DNA of 64,000 nucleotides, from the NCBI GenBank assembly GCA_964016885.1, contig OZ024741.1, positions 64,294,001 through 64,358,000 of the forward strand. The letters run 5' to 3'. Of the stretch, positions 59,676 to 64,000 are shown one piece after another. Source of the DNA: Eledone cirrhosa (lineage: Eukaryota). Every line of letters begins with the position of its first letter. Position 1 is the stretch's first letter. A model generated the notes under the pieces. It searched no databases. It was not told the DNA's origin and saw nothing but the letters and a program-made list of their open reading frames with translations. Made by a program: the position numbers and the translations under genes.

Positions 59676-61075
59676 ATTATACTTGGCGAGGGTCATATTT
59701 GTGTAATAATATTGCCAGAATTAATAACAGAACACACTCACTGTTTGGTTGGTTTTCGCTTCTGTGTCTTTTATATCGATTAATTTAATTTATTCGGTCC
59801 TCAATGTTACTATTAAATGGTAGAAATAACAGTAACAACAACAATAACGGTGGAGAAAACAACAACAATACATCTCACAATCACAGCAACAATACATCTA
59901 GCAATCATAACAATAATAATAATGTTAATGATAGGAACGACAACAACCACCATAATAACAATAATAGCAACACACACAACTATGACGATAGATATAATGA
60001 CAACCCCTTAGAGAAACTATTCTTCAATCCAGCTGACAAAACATATAAGATGAGTAATATCTATCCTACGAGGTTACCCTTTAATAAAAGAGTTTGTATA
60101 CCACAACAAATAGATGACGAGACAGGCATAGTTCACCATAGCTAGAAATAAGATTAGACAAATAGTAGACCGGTATACTAAGAGACAAAGCAGACCAGAG
60201 GTCCAACAACTTGGGAGGAAACCTGTAGAAGGCTTGGTTATCCTCAAGCAGCGCACAGGGGATGGTGAGGTAGTATGTCTACCCACGGATAAGTCTGGTA
60301 GGATGTCAATAGACAGCATGCCGAACTACATCAAGGCTATGCAACCCCACATCACCAACACGAGCGAAATTGCACAGCAAATACATGATGGGAGAGGGAA
60401 AATCCTCAACGCTCACATGATGATGTGGACCGACATCCTAAAGCCAAGCAGACGCACTGCCAACAACTTCCAGGCGTCTAACAATGGCATACCCCCTTGT
60501 ATGGGCTCCGCAAAGACCATAAGACAGTCGACGACCCGACAACAGGACCACTAACAAGACCTGTATGCGGAGCAAATATAGCTAGCAACTACAGGATCTC
60601 CTACTTCCTCTCAATGGTTATACGCCCCATAATCAAGATGTCCCCAGATGTATGTGACAGTACAGAGGACCTCCTCAGCAGAATCAGTGAGTGCAACAAA
60701 AACAAAATCCTATCCAACTGCATAATAGGGAGTATGGATGTGGTATCACTGTACCCATCCATTAACATTGATTTTGCTGTGGAAAAATGTGTGGAGATGA
60801 TCATTGAGAGTGAGGTGGAGTTCTGCGACGTCGACACAGACGAACTGGGCCTCCTACTTAGACTTACCTATGACACCGACTACCTAGGCAGCCTTGATCT
60901 TAAGAGGTAGACCCCCCACCATAACCTCAATGGCAAAAAGTACTCCCATGGGAAGGTGGATTGGGTGGACCAAATCTATACGGACCCCCAAACAATGATC
61001 AGGTAAGAAAAATGGTCGCACATGCAATAGGGGCTAGTATCAAAACTACCCTAAAGCGCCACATATTCAAATCCA
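59676..61075 (+). mobile_element. Degenerate PLE RT fragment preceded by a family-B-like inverted pLTR end
   Basis: LPTDKSGR, YGLRKDHK, RPVCGA, GSMDVVSLYPSI; frameshifted; start TATACTTGGCGAGGGTCAT resembles 1058 TATACTTTGGGAGGGTCAT. Confidence 0.75.
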
Positions 61076-61147
61076 GGAGATTCCAACCAGAATGGTTGCA
61101 TTTTTTCAGGGTATGTCAATATTTATTTATAAAACTAACCTATATTA

Positions 61148-61213
61148 TATTTTATCTGATGAAAGCGCACCATAGTTTGCCTTGGTGGCCCTTGAAATAT
61201 GTATAATGAAATA
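61148..61213 (+). ncRNA. Hammerhead ribozyme in family-A-like solo pLTR (61076-61342)
   Basis: TATTTTAT-CTGATGA-AAG..CACCA..TGGTG..CTT-GAA-ATATGTAT-A^-ATGAAATA. Confidence 0.8.
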
Positions 61214-61340
61214 AATATGGTTTTATAAATATAGTTTCCATTTGTTAATATATTGTATATTTACTCCAATAATTTGTTGAGTGCTTTATATCAGTTATAA
61301 AAATATTTTGCTTGTATCCCAACAGATTAAATATAACCTC

Positions 61341-61415
<75 letters not shown>

Positions 61416-62065
61416 ACACACACATACATACATACATTCATGATGAACTAGTTTGTAGAATCGGACTGCGAAGAAAACTCATGTTATTCCACGCACACGT
61501 ATATATGGAACAACAGGGTTAAATCTTCTTGAGCTTCCTCCTTTACACACACATATATACACACATATATATATACACGCAGGTATATATGAAAAGCTTT
61601 ATTCGCTCCCTCTTCGTCTCACTCTTTTCTAGTTCTACGTCTCTACCACATACTCTCCCTTTCCTTGTATTTTCTAACAACTACATATATACACACACAC
61701 ACACACTTACACACATATATACACTCACATTGAATCCGTTGAGACAAACGGCACTAATGGTATTTCAATTATTTTCATTAAATTGACGGTATTTTAAGGA
61801 TATCTAAATGGATTTAAACATATTTTACCTTTTCTTTCTTCTCTGAACTATAGTATAGAAGTATTCAATTCAGTTTCACATTATGTCACAAGGGCGTATT
61901 CTAAGTGGTCACATGACTTGCTAGAAATATAAAATAAACCTCCCTCAATTCATACCGTTTTAAAATAGAACACGGTTGGTTGTGTTGTGCGAGGCACACT
62001 AAACATGAAAAGACGATGAGGTGATCATGTGTGTGTAATAACTTCTGAGTGTTCTAAGCAGTCCG

Positions 62066-62149
<84 letters not shown>

Positions 62150-62157
62150 CATATATA

Positions 62158-62352
62158 TATTTAATATAGAAAAGCTTCTACAGGACTAGAACTGTTTCAT
62201 TCCGGTGAAATCACCAGCAAGTCCTGATGATTTCTCCGGAATGAAACAGTTCTAGTCCTGTAAAAGCCTTTCTATATTAAATATTTATACTCTGCTTTGT
62301 ATTGAATACCTTACTTACTGTGGTTACCCCCGATTGAACTCGGGAAAAACTT
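62158..62352 (+). mobile_element. Mini fold-back pLTR with HHR-like core (62221-62260)
   Basis: 62158-62217 inverted to 62224-62284; CTGATGA-TTTC.TCC.GGAAT-GAAAC; stem I unresolved. Confidence 0.65.
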
Positions 62353-62488
62353 ATATATATATATATATAGAAACGGCTTCTCCATGCTTTCCATTTGGAA
62401 ACCATGTTTATTCCCTTTCAGAAACTAATTAGTTGGAGTGAAATTTTAGTAAGTAAGTTAATTTTTATAATTTTCTTATTTTACGTCA

Positions 62489-62562
<74 letters not shown>

Positions 62563-62564
<2 letters not shown>

Positions 62565-62761
62565 AGGTGGCCCAAAAGTTACACAGGGTTTTAGTTTTCA
62601 TTAACTTCCTGAATTGTACAGATTGATGTATGAATTTTGATACAACTTAAAGGACATAATGAAATTTATTTTGCACTCGTCTATCCTTGTCACATTACTT
62701 ATGAAAAATTAAATGAAAAAATTATAAACAGTTGCGACCCCTGTGTGACTTCTGGGCCACC

Positions 62762-62764
<3 letters not shown>
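62563..62764. mobile_element. Tc1/mariner-type MITE
   Basis: TIRs CAAGGTGGCCCAAAAGTTACACAGGG / CCCTGTGTGACTTCTGGGCCACCCTG, TA flanks. Confidence 0.8.
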
Positions 62765-62795
<31 letters not shown>

Positions 62796-62857
62796 TGACA
62801 TACACATACATACATACATACATACATACATACATACATACATACATACATACATAC

Positions 62858-63574
62858 CATCCTGGTACGTATACTCGGTTCCCACAGTGGTGCCTGGCTC
62901 CATGCTCTGCCCTCCTTCTCCACTGGCACGCAGCTAGACAACCATAGCATGCGAATCGGCGTTTCCCTGAGGCTCGGCCTCCGGATCTGCCAGCCACACC
63001 AATGTCGCTGCGGTTCCACCGTGGACTTTTCGGCCTCCACCCGCTTTCCTGTCGCCACAGTGCCGGCCGCATTCCACGCCATACTGCCCTCAACGAGGTC
63101 ATTAAGCATGGCTTGGACGCTGCAGGCTTCCCTTCCCAGCTCGAGCCAGTAGGGCTGGATCGAGGGGACGGCAAAAGGCCAGATGGCATGACCATCTTCC
63201 CGTTCCGCGGTAGCAAACCCCTCGTCTGGGATGCCACTTGCACCGACACTTTCTGCAGCTGCAACCTGGTGCAGTCTGCGACTGACCCAGGTTCTGCTGC
63301 ACGTCGGGCTGAGGGGGCCAAACTCCTCAAATACCGGTCGCTCTCCGACAGGTTTGCGGTCGTTCCCCTGGCAGTGGAAACTTCTGGTGTCCTCGGCCCC
63401 AGGGCTACCTCCTTACTCACCACCATAGGCGCTGAGCTGGCCAGCCGTAGGTGTGAGCCCCGCGAGTTGGAGTGGCTTTTCCAGCGCGTCTCCCTTGCCG
63501 TCCTCCGGGGAAACGCCTTCTCCATTATGTCCGCCGGGGCTGTGGGTGGGCCCCATCGCGTACCATTACATTAG
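62858..63574 (+). mobile_element. 5'-truncated CRE-clade non-LTR element (zinc finger + REL)
   Basis: [46 protein letters not shown]; one frameshift near 63030. Confidence 0.85.
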
Positions 63575-64000
63575 TTAAATACAATATGGTATCTGTTGTC
63601 ATGTATGAAACTATTTTGCCAAGACGCTGCAAAGTAAAGCAATAACTGCCTCTATTTGATTACAATAAAACCTGCGCTTATATTGGTTTATGTAAAAACA
63701 GAAGCAAAGAAATCCATCTAGTCTGTTACTATTTTAATGGCGTAACATGCTCGAAATTTAGAGAATCTACCGATACTTGAGAATTTCTAATCAACATAGA
63801 GATAATTCAGTTATCGGAAATAATTCTTTGCTAAATTTGTATGTTATCCGAAATTTGTTATATACAAAATTGTTAAATTTGCCTTGCAGCAAATTAATTC
63901 ATTAAATTGTTGAAAGCTGTTATCCACAGTTATATTTTTTCTATTGCTAACTAATTTTCAAAATGTATACAATACATCAAATTCCTTTTATTCACGCCAT

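Noticed and set aside
58975-61490. ~50-bp inverted match (58975-59024 vs 61441-61490)
   Set aside because: Short and diverged; may be independent fragments of a common repeat

Overview
Eukaryotic, AT-rich, apparently host-gene-free repeat DNA. A tRNA-derived SINE resembles the common octopod cephalopod SINE as I recall it, so the taxon is an inference. The window is a mosaic of microsatellites colonised by retroelements: (i) two head-to-tail R4/Dong-like RT+REL non-LTR elements in (TAA)n, one with an uninterrupted 1130-aa ORF; (ii) many Penelope-like elements (PLE; RT + GIY-YIG), one nearly intact, mostly inserted in (TA)n as fold-back structures (inverted arm, sense arm, short tail); (iii) fragments of RTE, Tx1/L1, CRE and a second REL family, plus SINEs and Tc1/mariner MITEs. 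The strongest signal missed by the ORF track is about 24 hand-folded type-I hammerhead-ribozyme (HHR) motifs from about 14 sequence families in the PLE pseudo-LTRs. Many have family-specific palindromic stem III. Two lie in short non-coding, direct-repeat-bounded units that resemble retrozymes, and several fold-back breakpoints fall in or beside HHR stem II. All structures were folded by eye and coordinates may be off by a few bases. There is a 200-N gap at 13102-13301.
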